Assembly: GCA_008015095.1 (NCBI GenBank)
Contig: SSEV01000036.1
Location: 1,949 to 65,948 of the forward strand
Length of the DNA stretch: 64,000 nt
Direction of reading: 5' to 3'
Source of the DNA: Lysobacteraceae bacterium
Lineage (GTDB): Bacteria > Pseudomonadota > Gammaproteobacteria > Xanthomonadales > Xanthomonadaceae
The position numbers were made by a program, and so were the translations under genes. Below are positions 47,695 to 58,230 of the stretch, piece by piece. The notes beneath the pieces are model-generated. The model ran no database searches and was not told the origin of the DNA. It saw only the letters and a list, made by a program, of their open reading frames with translations. Numbering within the stretch: position 1 is the stretch's first letter; the number at the start of each line of letters is the position of its first letter.

Positions 47695-48945
47695 ATGCCT
47701 CAGCTTCCCGTTGAACTGTCCGGTTTCAGTGTCGCCTGCGCGATCGGCCTGTTGATCGGGATCGAACGCGAGCGCAGCAAAGGCGATGGTCCCGCGCGCG
47801 GGCCTGCCGGCGTGCGCACCTTCCTGTTGATCGCATTGGCCGGCGCGATCGCGCAACGCCTCGGCGGCGTGGGTGTCGCCATCGGCGCGGCGTTCGTCGC
47901 CTTGGCCGCGTTGGCCAGCTATCGGCGCAGTCTCGCCGGCGATCCCGGGTTGACCACCGAGGTCGCGATGCTGATCACCTATCTGCTCGGCGTGATGGCG
48001 ATGACCGCCCTGACCTTGGCCGCGGGCCTTGGCGTGGTGGTGGCCGTTGTGCTGGCGAGCAAGTCCAGGCTGCACGGATTCGTGCGCGATACGCTGACCG
48101 AACAAGAGGTGCACGACGCCCTGTTATTGGCGGCCGCAGCCATCGTGATCTTGCCGTTGCTGCCCGATCGCAGCATCGATCCCTGGCAATCGCTCAATCC
48201 GCACAAGTTGTGGATGCTGGTGGTGTTGGTGATGGCGATCAACGCCGGTGGCTATGTTGCGCTGCGCATGCTCGGACCCGGCACGGGATTGGCGCTCGCC
48301 GGATTCGCGGGAGGTTTCGTCTCCAGCACCGCCACCATCGCCGCGATGGGCGACCGCTCGCGCGTCGCGCCGCAGTTGTTGCCGCAGTGCGTCGCGGCGG
48401 CCCTGTTCTCGAATGTCGCCACTGTCATCATGCTCGCCGCAGTGGTCGGCGCCTTATCGCCGCCCATGCTGCACCGACTGGCATGGCCGCTGTCATTGGC
48501 CATCGCCGCGGCGCTGGCGGCGGCAGGGATCGCGCGCTGGCGCAGGACGCCTGGCGCCGCCGAGCACGCGCCGATCACGTCCGGCAGACCATTCGAACCG
48601 CGACACGCGCTGCTGTTCGCGACGATCGTCAGCGTGATCCTGCTGCTGTCGGCCGCGGTGCATCGCTGGTTGGGCGATCCCGGCCTCGGACTTGCCGCAG
48701 GGGTGTCCGGCTTCGCCGACCTGCATGCCGCCGCCGCATCCGTCGCGCAACTCGCGGCGGTCGGCGTGATCGGGCCTGATGCCGCGCCCTGGCCGGTATT
48801 CATCGCATTGATCACCAATTCCGCCAGCAAGTTGATGATGGCCTGGCTGCGCGGCGGGCGCGCCTATATGTTGCGTCTGTTGCCCGGCATCGGCGCGATC
48901 GTGTTCGCGTTCGCGTTCGGGGCGTGGTTGAAGTCGACGTTCTGA
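47695..48945 (+). CDS. MgtC/SapB-family membrane protein with DUF4010
   Basis: IGLLIGIERE, AGVRTF, GLTTEVA, GGFVSSTA. Confidence 0.85.
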   Translation: MPQLPVELSGFSVACAIGLLIGIERERSKGDGPARGPAGVRTFLLIALAGAIAQRLGGVGVAIGAAFVALAALASYRRSLAGDPGLTTEVAMLITYLLGVMAMTALTLAAGLGVVVAVVLASKSRLHGFVRDTLTEQEVHDALLLAAAAIVILPLLPDRSIDPWQSLNPHKLWMLVVLVMAINAGGYVALRMLGPGTGLALAGFAGGFVSSTATIAAMGDRSRVAPQLLPQCVAAALFSNVATVIMLAAVVGALSPPMLHRLAWPLSLAIAAALAAAGIARWRRTPGAAEHAPITSGRPFEPRHALLFATIVSVILLLSAAVHRWLGDPGLGLAAGVSGFADLHAAAASVAQLAAVGVIGPDAAPWPVFIALITNSASKLMMAWLRGGRAYMLRLLPGIGAIVFAFAFGAWLKSTF

Positions 48946-49240
48946 TCTGGTGCGCTGTAAGAAGCATCCGCCGAAAAACGATTCGCCGACAACACGCTTC
49001 CGTGATCGCGGTCAATTCGCGCATTTCGAGAATACGTATGCATGCACGCATGGCGCCAGGCCCTCTCATCTAGTATTTGCATGGTCGCGCGACGTGAGGC
49101 GAACGATCGAACGAATGCGATTCAAAAAAATGTGACCAATAGGTTCTAGCCCGTCGTTCGGGCTCCGCGCGCAATGTGCGGAAGCAGGAAGCATGCGCCC
49201 GTGGGAACACGGGATCTGTCAATCGACCAGGAGAATCCAG

Positions 49241-50662
49241 ATGCTGTCTTTCGTCTTTCAAACAGGCGCCTTGCGCCGTAGCGCGCTGCGATGCTTCGCG
49301 TGCGCAGCGTTATTGATCGTCGCGGGCGCCGCGCAGGCCGATGCGGTGCTGCACGCCTTCAACTGGCGTTACGCGGATGTCGAGGCCCGCGCCGCGGCGA
49401 TCCAGTCCGCAGGCTACAAGGCGGTGCTGGTCGCGCCGGCGTACAAATCGGAGGGCGGGGCATGGTGGGCGCGCTATCAGCCGCAGGACTATCGAGTGAT
49501 TCATCATCCGCTGGGCGACAGCAATGCCTTCAAAAGTATGATCAACGCCTTGCGTGCCCGTGGGATCGATGTCTACGCAGACGTGGTCCTCAACCACATG
49601 GCCAATGAATCGGCGCAACGTTCCGATCTGAATTATCCCGGCGCGCGCATCCTGGGCGTCTACGCGGGCAATACCGCTTACTACAACAGCATTCGGTTGT
49701 TCGGCGCGCTCGGCAACAATTTTCTCGGCGTTTTCGACTTCGGCGAAGCGCGCTGCATCGCCAATTACAACGATGTCTGGCAGGTACAGAATTGGCGGAT
49801 CTGCGGCGGCGGCGGTGATGCGGGACTGCCGGACCTGGTCGCCAATGGTTGGGTGATTGCGCAGCAGCAGGAATATCTGCGCCAGCTCAAGGCGATCGGC
49901 GTGAAGGGGTTCCGCATCGACGCCGCCAAGCATATGCCGATCGCCCATCTCAACGGCGTGCTGACGGCCGAGGTCAAGAATGGCGTCTATGTCTTCGGCG
50001 AAATCATCACCGGAGGCGGGTCAGGAAACAACGAATACGGTCTGTTCCTGCAGCCGTATCTGCAGAACACGACGCATGCGGCCTACGATTTTCCGCTGCA
50101 CGCTACGCTACGCAGCGCCTTCGGCTTCGGCGGCAGCATGAGCAACCTGGTCGATCCGGTCGCCTATGGTCAGGCCCTGCAGGGCGCGCGTGCATTGACG
50201 TTCGCCGTCACCCACGACATTCCCAACAATAGCGGCTTCCGCTATGCGTTGATGGACCCCACCGACGAGACCCTGGCTTACGCGTATCTGTTCGGCCGCA
50301 ACGGCGGCAAGCCGATGGTCTATTCGGACAACAACGAAAGCGGCGACAACCGCTGGGTCAACGCCTACAACCGCGCCGACATCCGCGGCATGATCCGCTT
50401 CCACAACGCGGTACAGGGCAGCGATATGCAGGTGCTGGCGCATGGCGGCTGTCATCTGATCTTCAGGCGCGGCAGCCTGGGGATCGTGGGCATCAATAAA
50501 TGCGGCAGCGCGGTCAACGTCACTGTCAATATGAACAACAGCGTGTTGTGGTGGCACGCCAACTACACCGATACGCTCGGCTCGGGCAGCGTGGTCAATA
50601 TCGGCAGCGGCAGCTACACCTTCAGCCTTCCGGCGCGCAGCGCGCGGATGTGGTTGCGTTGA
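49241..50662 (+). CDS. Secreted GH13 alpha-amylase
   Basis: Signal peptide, WWARYQP, DVVLNH, GFRIDAAKH, GEII, THD; AGGAG RBS. Confidence 0.93.
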   Translation: MLSFVFQTGALRRSALRCFACAALLIVAGAAQADAVLHAFNWRYADVEARAAAIQSAGYKAVLVAPAYKSEGGAWWARYQPQDYRVIHHPLGDSNAFKSMINALRARGIDVYADVVLNHMANESAQRSDLNYPGARILGVYAGNTAYYNSIRLFGALGNNFLGVFDFGEARCIANYNDVWQVQNWRICGGGGDAGLPDLVANGWVIAQQQEYLRQLKAIGVKGFRIDAAKHMPIAHLNGVLTAEVKNGVYVFGEIITGGGSGNNEYGLFLQPYLQNTTHAAYDFPLHATLRSAFGFGGSMSNLVDPVAYGQALQGARALTFAVTHDIPNNSGFRYALMDPTDETLAYAYLFGRNGGKPMVYSDNNESGDNRWVNAYNRADIRGMIRFHNAVQGSDMQVLAHGGCHLIFRRGSLGIVGINKCGSAVNVTVNMNNSVLWWHANYTDTLGSGSVVNIGSGSYTFSLPARSARMWLR

Positions 50663-50734
50663 GCGTATCGCGCGCTTTCGGCGGTGCGGGCCGCCGAAAG
50701 CGCCGCATGTACGCGGTTGACGCCTACGAGCAGG

Positions 50735-51130
50735 TCACTCGGCCGCGCGCAGACGGAACATCGACAGATCGTAAGCCTGCATCGAAGAAGATTCGATGAT
50801 CTCGCCGTCTCCGGCGTCGTACGCCAGGACATGCAGGTGCGCGCGGTGCAGGAACGCGCCTTCGATATCCTGGATCGTTTGGTTGCGGATCCGGCGCGAC
50901 AGCTCTCCAGCGATGTACTGCGCCAACGAATCATGTTGACCGGCGCCTTTGCCGCCGACCGGCTTTGCGATCGTTTCGAACGCTTCGGGAAACCGTTGTC
51001 TGAATCTGATCGCGATCTGGTAAGGCGTGATGAATGGCCGACCGAAATGATGCTCCGGCGCATGCGAGCGGATCTCGGCGAGGATCTCTCGGATCCTCAG
51101 CTCCATCTGCAGATCATTCCATTGCGACAT
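50735..51130 (-). CDS. Hypothetical protein (131 aa)
   Basis: Protein-like composition (HHFGRPFITPYQIAI, VGGKGAG); no family recognised. Confidence 0.6.
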   Translation of the reverse strand: MSQWNDLQMELRIREILAEIRSHAPEHHFGRPFITPYQIAIRFRQRFPEAFETIAKPVGGKGAGQHDSLAQYIAGELSRRIRNQTIQDIEGAFLHRAHLHVLAYDAGDGEIIESSSMQAYDLSMFRLRAAE

Positions 51131-51396
51131 TGTGCGCTTTCCTTGGCGTGGAGAGGATGGCGGGCTTATGGCAACACTGAACAAGTCCCTCCTGAACTTG
51201 CTTAGCGGTCGCAAGCCCGAAATGAATTCGGACTTACTCTCGCCGAATCAACCACTTGCGTGATTGACTCGCGGGCGGCGCATCCCTGTGCCGCGGCAAC
51301 GCTGACTTTTGCAGCGTTGCCTTAAAGCGAAGAAGTATCGGAAACCTGCAGAGCACGATACTTGATGTGCGGCTGTTGAATCGAGGCGGCGGCGGA

Positions 51397-52131
51397 TTAT
51401 TTCGCGCCAAGATCCCTTGTCGCGGACGGTCCCGCCGCATTGCGTTGCCTGCAGCCGATGAACCTCGACTTCGCCAGCCAGTCGCGGTCGGGGTAGTAGG
51501 CGAACAACAACTGCCCGCCCTTGAGCGTGTCGATGATGTCGCGGGTCACTTGCGGCCGCAGCGCGGGACAGCCGTAGCTGCGGCCGAGCCGGCCCTGGCG
51601 CAGGGCCTGCACCGGATCGACGTAGTTTGCGCCGTGCATCACGATCTGGCGGTCGCGCGCGCGATCATTGACCCCGGGCTCCAGACCATCCATGCGCAGC
51701 GAATAACCATTGCCGCCAACGTACGTCTCCGCGGTGACGAATAGACCGAGACTCGACTGATGGCTCTGGTCTCGATTTGAAAACGCATGCGCGAAGTTCT
51801 CGCCACTGCCGCGTCCGTGGGCGACGTGCTCGGCATAGAGCAGTTGCGCGCGGTCGAGATCGAAGACCCATAGCCGCGGTTCGGTCGAGGGCCGCGAGAA
51901 GTCGATGACCGCCAGTGTCGGCGCGAGGCCGCTCGCTCCCGAGGCCGCCGCGCATTCGCGGGCCTCCAGGGCCAACGCCAGCACCCGCGGGTCGGCATGC
52001 GGGGCGGCGTGTTGAAGACGCGCCAGCAAATCCGTCGCGACATGCGGGTGCGCAGACCGTGCCGGCGACGCCATCGTCACTGCGATGGCTGCGAAAATGC
52101 ATGAGGAAAGGAATGAGAGCGTCCGAAGCAT
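51397..52131 (-). CDS. Murein L,D-transpeptidase (YkuD_2-like)
   Basis: IDFSRPS, HGRGSG, SSLG, IVMHGA..GRSYGCPA. Confidence 0.88.
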   Translation of the reverse strand: MLRTLSFLSSCIFAAIAVTMASPARSAHPHVATDLLARLQHAAPHADPRVLALALEARECAAASGASGLAPTLAVIDFSRPSTEPRLWVFDLDRAQLLYAEHVAHGRGSGENFAHAFSNRDQSHQSSLGLFVTAETYVGGNGYSLRMDGLEPGVNDRARDRQIVMHGANYVDPVQALRQGRLGRSYGCPALRPQVTRDIIDTLKGGQLLFAYYPDRDWLAKSRFIGCRQRNAAGPSATRDLGAK

Positions 52132-52152
52132 CCGCGCAGGATACCGGCAGCG

Positions 52153-53256
52153 TCAGTCTTCGGTCGAGGTCGACTCGTCGGCCCGCAGCACCGTCATGCC
52201 GGGGGGTGTTTCGCGTCCGTGCATGGGTTCGTCGGTCACGACCACGGTGGTGCCCGGAACCAGTTGATCGTAGACCCGTCCGGCGAAGTCGGGCGGTACT
52301 TTGATCAGGCCTTCGGCGAAGGCCTGTTGCAGCGACGGTCCCCTGGATTTGCCAGGATTCGGCGCGGCAAGCGCCAGCCAACGAAGCGCCGGACGCTCCG
52401 GCAAGACGGTGCTGACGCCGCTGCCCGTGCCTTCCAAGAGCACATAAGCATGCGTGCCCTGCACGGAAGCCCCGGCCAAAGTCAGGCGCGCCCGTCCGAT
52501 CTCGATGGCGTCGCGCAGCACCACCGCTTCGCCATCGTGCGTGCTGAGCACGATGGTCAGAGGGCCCGAGGGAGAACGTTCCGGGGCCCAGACATAGTCG
52601 CTTTCGGGCGGCACCGCGGATGCGGGACGCGGGGTTCCGGTGGCCGGATCGACCGGCACGAACAATCCGGGTGACGCCACTTGCGGCGCCTGCGCGTCGG
52701 TGTCGGCGATCACCACGGTCATGCCCTGCGCGGTGATGCCGAACAGCTTCTCCGAAAACGCGTAGGGCAGGCGCACGCAGCCGTGCGAGGCCGGATAGCC
52801 CGGCACCCGGCCGGCGTGCAGCGCGACGCCATCCCAGGTCAATCGCTGCATGTATGGCATCGGCGCGTTGTCGTAGAGGTTCGAGTAGTGCTCGCGATGT
52901 TTCTGCAGGATCGTGAACACGCCGGTCGGCGTTTCGTATCCGGGTTTGCCGCTGCTGATCGTCGAAACCCCGATGCGCACCCCGTTGCGGTACACGTAGG
53001 CGAGCTGTTCGGGCAGGCTGATCACGATCGCGACCGGACCTTTCGGCGCCAGCTCCGGCATCCACAGATATTCCCCGGCTTTCAGCGCCAGTACGCGCGG
53101 CGACGATTCCTGGCCGTGCGCGGCGCAGACCGCCAACAACATCGCCAGGGCCGCCTTCAAACGCAGCGTCACCTCCAGCCGTCGCCGTCGGCGCAAGCCT
53201 GTGCGCCGGCCCGATGACGGCGAGGCGACTTCGATGCGTGGAACCAAAGCGGACAT
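52153..53256 (-). CDS. L,D-transpeptidase family protein
   Basis: SSGKPGYETPTG, ALHAG..PASHGCVRL; start uncertain. Confidence 0.88.
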   Translation of the reverse strand: MSALVPRIEVASPSSGRRTGLRRRRRLEVTLRLKAALAMLLAVCAAHGQESSPRVLALKAGEYLWMPELAPKGPVAIVISLPEQLAYVYRNGVRIGVSTISSGKPGYETPTGVFTILQKHREHYSNLYDNAPMPYMQRLTWDGVALHAGRVPGYPASHGCVRLPYAFSEKLFGITAQGMTVVIADTDAQAPQVASPGLFVPVDPATGTPRPASAVPPESDYVWAPERSPSGPLTIVLSTHDGEAVVLRDAIEIGRARLTLAGASVQGTHAYVLLEGTGSGVSTVLPERPALRWLALAAPNPGKSRGPSLQQAFAEGLIKVPPDFAGRVYDQLVPGTTVVVTDEPMHGRETPPGMTVLRADESTSTED

Positions 53257-53583
53257 CGTGAACCTTATCGCGGAGCCTTTTCCGCCGTGCAGACGAATTC
53301 GGGGAAGGCCGGAACAACGCCATCCTGGCGTTGTTCCGACGTCGCTGACTCGGGCTTGGCCTGAGTTTGCGCCCGTCGGATCAAACGCTTGCGCACTTGA
53401 TCCGCAAGCGCGCCAACCCTGGCGCGCGGTATCTCTGCGTTGTCCAGAGTTTCCTCAGAGGATCCCACGATAACGCGTGCGCGCCGGCGGCGGTTGAGGG
53501 CGCTCAAATTCCGTGAGCGCATTGCCGCGGACAGTGGCGTCGCCATGCTGGCGATCGCCGCATCCTGCGGTCAGAATAGGGCG

Positions 53584-54318
53584 ATGAACGATCTCAACCT
53601 TGCCCCCGATACGGGCCTGCTCGAAACCATCGAACATGAAACCGGGCCCGCGCCGGCATGGAGCGTGTTGTGGCTCCATGGTTTGGGCGCCGACGGCAAT
53701 GATTTCATGCCGATCGTGCCCGAGCTTCTGCGCGGGGGATGGCCTGCGATTCGTTTCGTGTTCCCGCACGCGCCTGTGCGACCGGTCACCATCAATGGCG
53801 GCATGCGCATGCGCGCTTGGTACGACATCGCGCATCAGGATTTCGCCAATCGCGCCGATGAAGCCGGTGTCGAGGACTCCATCGCCCGGGTCGAGGCATT
53901 GATCGCGCGCGAGGCGTCGCGCGGCGTTCCCGCGTCGCGGTTGATTCTTGCCGGATTCTCCCAGGGCGGGGCGATCACGCTCGCGGCCGGGATGCGGCGT
54001 AAGACGCCGCTCGCGGGATTGATCGCGCTTTCGACCTATCTGCCCGCACCGCACAAGGCGGAAGCCGCGCTGGCGTCCGGGGCCGAGCGCCAGCCGCTGT
54101 TCATGGCGCATGGGCGGTTCGATCCGGTCGTGCCGTACCAGGCAGGTCAGCAAAGCGCGACCCTGCTCCAGCGGCTCGGGTTCGCCATCGATTGGCGTCA
54201 ATACCCGATGGCGCACCAGGTGTGCCAGGAGGAGATCCATGATCTTGGCCATTGGATGGACAGTCTGTTCCGGGGTGGGCCGACCGCGGTCGACGCGCCG
54301 CCGCGTCCACCGGTCTGA
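53584..54318 (+). CDS. Carboxylesterase/phospholipase (alpha/beta hydrolase)
   Basis: LHGLGADG, MRAWYDI, GFSQG, HG.FDPVV, MAH. Confidence 0.92.
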   Translation: MNDLNLAPDTGLLETIEHETGPAPAWSVLWLHGLGADGNDFMPIVPELLRGGWPAIRFVFPHAPVRPVTINGGMRMRAWYDIAHQDFANRADEAGVEDSIARVEALIAREASRGVPASRLILAGFSQGGAITLAAGMRRKTPLAGLIALSTYLPAPHKAEAALASGAERQPLFMAHGRFDPVVPYQAGQQSATLLQRLGFAIDWRQYPMAHQVCQEEIHDLGHWMDSLFRGGPTAVDAPPRPPV

Positions 54319-54413
54319 GCAGCCTGTCCGATGCGGGCAACGACGGGACGGGATGACCGCAGGCCTCGACGGGGCTACCATCGGGGGTGAACGGACCTAG
54401 CCGGCACAATGAC

Positions 54414-55148
54414 GTGAAAGTCCTCATCGCCGACGACGAACCCATCGCGCGCGAGCGCTTGCGGGCGCTCATTGCCGAATATCCGGATCTGGTGCTGGTC
54501 GCCGAAGCCGGCGACGGCAGCGCGGCCTTGCATGCCTGTTCCGAACATGCGCCCGATCTGGTGCTATTGGACATCGCCATGCCGGGCATCGACGGCCTCG
54601 AAACCGCACGTCATCTCGCCGCATTCGAACCACGGCCCGCGGTGGTGTTCTGCACCGCGTACGATGAACATGCGCTTTCGGCCTTCGAAGCGGCCGCGGT
54701 CGACTATCTGGTCAAGCCCGTCCGCCGCGAGCGGCTGGCCGCCGCGCTCGAGCGCGTGCGGACCTTCATCGCCGGCCGTGCCCAAGCCCGAACCGAGCCA
54801 TTGGCCGAGGACAAGCGTCGCACCCACCTGTGCGCTCGCCTGCGCGGCAGCCTGCGTCTGATCCCGATCGACGATGTGCGCTATCTGCAGGCGGAGGAAA
54901 AATACGTGGTGGTGCACCACAGCCGCGGCGAAGATCTGATCGAGGAATCGCTCAAGTCGCTGGAGCATGAGTTCGCCGGCCAGTTCATCCGCATCCACCG
55001 CAACTGCCTGGTCGCGCGCGATGAACTGGTCGAACTGCGCCGCACCGGCGATGGCCGTATCGAAGCCGTGCTCAGACACGGCGACAAACCATTGGAAGTC
55101 AGCCGCCGCTGCGTGCCGCATCTGCGCGAAATGGTGAAACACCTGTAG
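54414..55148 (+). CDS. algR: LytTR response regulator, AlgR-like
   Basis: VLIADDEP, LDIAMPG, DYLVKP, FIRIHRNCLV, VSRR; near hemC. Confidence 0.85.
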   Translation: MKVLIADDEPIARERLRALIAEYPDLVLVAEAGDGSAALHACSEHAPDLVLLDIAMPGIDGLETARHLAAFEPRPAVVFCTAYDEHALSAFEAAAVDYLVKPVRRERLAAALERVRTFIAGRAQARTEPLAEDKRRTHLCARLRGSLRLIPIDDVRYLQAEEKYVVVHHSRGEDLIEESLKSLEHEFAGQFIRIHRNCLVARDELVELRRTGDGRIEAVLRHGDKPLEVSRRCVPHLREMVKHL

Positions 55149-55269
55149 GGCGGGGTGAGCGCAGCGAACCCCACCATTATTGAAGCTGAAACGCGCCGCA
55201 TCCGGCAGGCGTGATCGCAATGTCTGGGTTTCGACGCGAAGAAAGCCAGAATCAAAACCGACGCTGCTC

Positions 55270-57078
55270 TTATCCGTAGGCCTCAACCACCTCCAACACA
55301 TCCTCGCCATAGCGATCGAGCTTGGCGCTGCCGATGCCGCCGACGCGGGCGAGTTCGCGCAGAGTGTCGGGGCGCTGCTCGGCGATCTCGCGCAAGGTGC
55401 TGTCGTGGAAGATGACGTACGCCGGCACGTTCTGTTCGCGCGCGGTGCGCGCGCGCCATTCGCGCAGAGCCTCAAACAGCGGCCGGTCTGCGATCGGCAG
55501 CGCCGCGGCCGCATCGGTGCGCGGACCGGCGTCGCGCTCGCGGCTCTTGCGCTCGCTGCGCACGCGGCGCAGCAGCACTTTTTCGCCGCCGGCCAGCACT
55601 GCGCGACTGCTTTCGCTCAGGCGCAGGCCGCCGTAACCGTCCAGATCGATATCCAGCAGCCCGCCCGCGATCAACTGCCGGAACACACCGCGCCAGGTGT
55701 TTGCGTCGAGATCGCGGCCGATGCCGTAAGTGCTGAGCCGGTCGTGCCCGAGTTGCCGGATGCGTTCGCTCTCGGCGCCGCGCAGCACGTCGATCACATA
55801 GGCCACGCCGAAACGCTGACCGGTGCGGTAGACGCAGCTCAGGGCTTTGCGCGCGGCCTCGGTGCCGTCCCAGGCTTCGGCCGGATGCAGACAGTTGTCG
55901 CAGTTGCCGCAGGACTCGGGATAGGTTTCGCCGAAGCCGGCCAGCAGGATCTGGCGGCGGCAGCGCATCGATTCGCAATATCCGAGCAATTGATCGAGCT
56001 TGCGCCGTTCGAGCTGTTTGCGCTCCTCGCCCGCTTCGGACTGCTCGATCATCTGCTTGAGCAGCATCAGATCGCCCAGGCCATAACTCAACCAGGCTTC
56101 GGCGGGGTCGCCATCGCGGCCGGCGCGGCCGGTCTCCTGGTAATAGCCTTCCAGCGATTTCGGCAGATCCAGATGCGCGACGAAACGCACGTCGGGCTTG
56201 TCGATGCCCATTCCAAAAGCGATCGTCGCGACCATGACCACCCCGTCTTCACGCAGGAAGCGGCGTTGGTGCGCCGCGCGCAACTCGGCGTCCATCCCGG
56301 CGTGGTAAGGCAGCGCCTTGAAGCCGAGGCCGGCGAGATATTCGGCGGTTTCCTCCACTTTCCGCCGCGACAGGCAGTAGACGATCCCGGCTTCGCCGCG
56401 ACGCCCGCGCAGGAATTCCGCCAGTTGGCGCTTGCCGTTGTCTTTGCCGACCACGGTGTAGCGAATATTCGGGCGATCGAAAGAACTGACGAACCAACGC
56501 GCGTCCTGTAACTGTAGGCGCTCGGCGATCTCGCGTCGGGTAGGCGGGTCCGCGGTTGCGGTCAGGGCGATCCGCGGCACCTCCGGCCAGCGCTCGTGCA
56601 GTACGGTCAGCTCGCGATACTCCGGGCGGAAGTCGTGGCCCCATTGCGAGACGCAATGCGCCTCGTCGATCGCGAACAGCGCGATCGACGAGCGTTCGAT
56701 CAGCGAAAGAAAACGCGTGGTCAGCAACCGCTCCGGCGCCACGTAGAGCAGATCCAGCTCGCCTGCGACCAGGGCGCGTTCGATCCGCGACGCGGCCTCG
56801 GCATCGAGAGTGGAGTTGAGGAATTCGGCGCGCACCCCGAGCTGTCGCAGCGCTTCGACCTGATCCTGCATCAACGCGATCAACGGCGAGATCACCAGGC
56901 CCGTGCCCGCGCGCAGCAGCGACGGCACCTGGTAACACAGCGACTTGCCGCCGCCGGTGGGCATCAACACCAGCGCATCGCCGCCATCGGCCAGATGTTC
57001 GACGATCGCCTGTTGCTGCCCGCGGAACCCGGCATGGCCGAATACGCGCTGCAGCAGGTCGTGGGGGGTATCCTGCAT
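55270..57078 (-). CDS. recQ: ATP-dependent DNA helicase RecQ
   Basis: MPTGGGKS, DEAHCVSQWGHDFRPEY, QETGRAGRDG, Zn-binding CRR..CGNCDNC, HRDC. Confidence 0.97.
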   Translation of the reverse strand: MQDTPHDLLQRVFGHAGFRGQQQAIVEHLADGGDALVLMPTGGGKSLCYQVPSLLRAGTGLVISPLIALMQDQVEALRQLGVRAEFLNSTLDAEAASRIERALVAGELDLLYVAPERLLTTRFLSLIERSSIALFAIDEAHCVSQWGHDFRPEYRELTVLHERWPEVPRIALTATADPPTRREIAERLQLQDARWFVSSFDRPNIRYTVVGKDNGKRQLAEFLRGRRGEAGIVYCLSRRKVEETAEYLAGLGFKALPYHAGMDAELRAAHQRRFLREDGVVMVATIAFGMGIDKPDVRFVAHLDLPKSLEGYYQETGRAGRDGDPAEAWLSYGLGDLMLLKQMIEQSEAGEERKQLERRKLDQLLGYCESMRCRRQILLAGFGETYPESCGNCDNCLHPAEAWDGTEAARKALSCVYRTGQRFGVAYVIDVLRGAESERIRQLGHDRLSTYGIGRDLDANTWRGVFRQLIAGGLLDIDLDGYGGLRLSESSRAVLAGGEKVLLRRVRSERKSRERDAGPRTDAAAALPIADRPLFEALREWRARTAREQNVPAYVIFHDSTLREIAEQRPDTLRELARVGGIGSAKLDRYGEDVLEVVEAYG

Positions 57079-57152
57079 CGCGATAGAGTAGCAGCCGTGA
57101 CCGCGCGCTCCCATTCCGCCGCGGCGTCGCGAACGCATGCGATAATCGCGGC

Positions 57153-58076
57153 ATGACATCGCTTCCGCGCATCCTTCGCATCGCCACCCGCAAGAGCCCG
57201 CTGGCGCTGTGGCAAACCGAACATGTCGCCGACAGGTTGCGCGCACTCTATCCGCAGTTGCCGATTGAACTGGTGCCGATGTCGACCCGCGGCGATGAGG
57301 TATTGGATCGTTCGCTGGCGACGGTCGGCGGCAAAGGCCTGTTTCTCAAGGAACTGGAACTGGCGATGCTGCGCGGAGAGGCGGATTGCGCGGTGCATTC
57401 GCTCAAGGACGTGCCGATGGAGCTGGAAGGCCCGTTCGCATTGCCGGCGATTCTGCAGCGTGCGGACCCCGCCGACGCCTTCGTCAGCAATCTCTACGAG
57501 GACATCGCCGCGTTGCCGCATGGTGCGCGCGTAGGCAGTTCGTCGTTGCGCCGCCAGGCGCAGTTGCGTGCGATGCGCCCCGATCTGGCGCTGGTCGACC
57601 TGCGCGGTAACGTCAATACGCGGTTGGCCAAGCTCGATGCCGGCGAGTACGACGCGATCCTGCTCGCCTGTGCGGGATTGCAGCGCCTGGGCTTCGATGC
57701 GCGAATCCGCGCGCGCCTGGAGCCGCCGTGGTGGTTGCCGGCCCCGGCGCAGGGCGCGATCGCGATCGAATGCCGCGAAGACGATGCCGCCACGCAGGCG
57801 CTATGCGCCGCGCTCGACCACGCGCAAACCCGCGTCTGCGTCGAAGCGGAGCGCGCGATGAATCGCGCCCTGCACGGCAGTTGCCAAGTGCCGGTGGCGG
57901 CGTTCGCCGAGCATTGCGACGGCGGCGGCCTGCGTTTGTCCGGCCTGGTCGGTTCCGCGCGCGATGGCCGCACCGTGCGCGGCGCGGCGCACGGCGACGA
58001 CCCAGACGCACTGGGCAGACGAGTCGCAGAGCAATTGATGGAACTGGGTGCGGGCGAATTCATCGCTCACGCATAG
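57153..58076 (+). CDS. hemC: Hydroxymethylbilane synthase
   Basis: [39 protein letters not shown]. Confidence 0.97.
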   Translation: MTSLPRILRIATRKSPLALWQTEHVADRLRALYPQLPIELVPMSTRGDEVLDRSLATVGGKGLFLKELELAMLRGEADCAVHSLKDVPMELEGPFALPAILQRADPADAFVSNLYEDIAALPHGARVGSSSLRRQAQLRAMRPDLALVDLRGNVNTRLAKLDAGEYDAILLACAGLQRLGFDARIRARLEPPWWLPAPAQGAIAIECREDDAATQALCAALDHAQTRVCVEAERAMNRALHGSCQVPVAAFAEHCDGGGLRLSGLVGSARDGRTVRGAAHGDDPDALGRRVAEQLMELGAGEFIAHA

Positions 58077-58125
58077 CCGGCTGTCGGAAACAGGTTGTCG
58101 GAAGCAGGTTGTCGGAAGCAGGTTG
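58077..58125. repeat. 14-bp tandem repeat, about 3.5 copies
   Basis: CCGGCTGTCGGAAA CAGGTTGTCGGAAG CAGGTTGTCGGAAG CAGGTTG directly after the hemC stop. Confidence 0.8.
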
Positions 58126-58230
58126 CCAGCACACCTATCGATCCGGCGCTTTGCGCCGATCGCGAACGGATCATCGCGAGTCCGCGTATCGATCCGACGA
58201 TGCAAACTCCAATAGCCGACGGTCGGCGCC

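Noticed and set aside
58077-58125. CRISPR array
   Set aside because: Units are contiguous 14-mers with no spacers, and no cas genes are present
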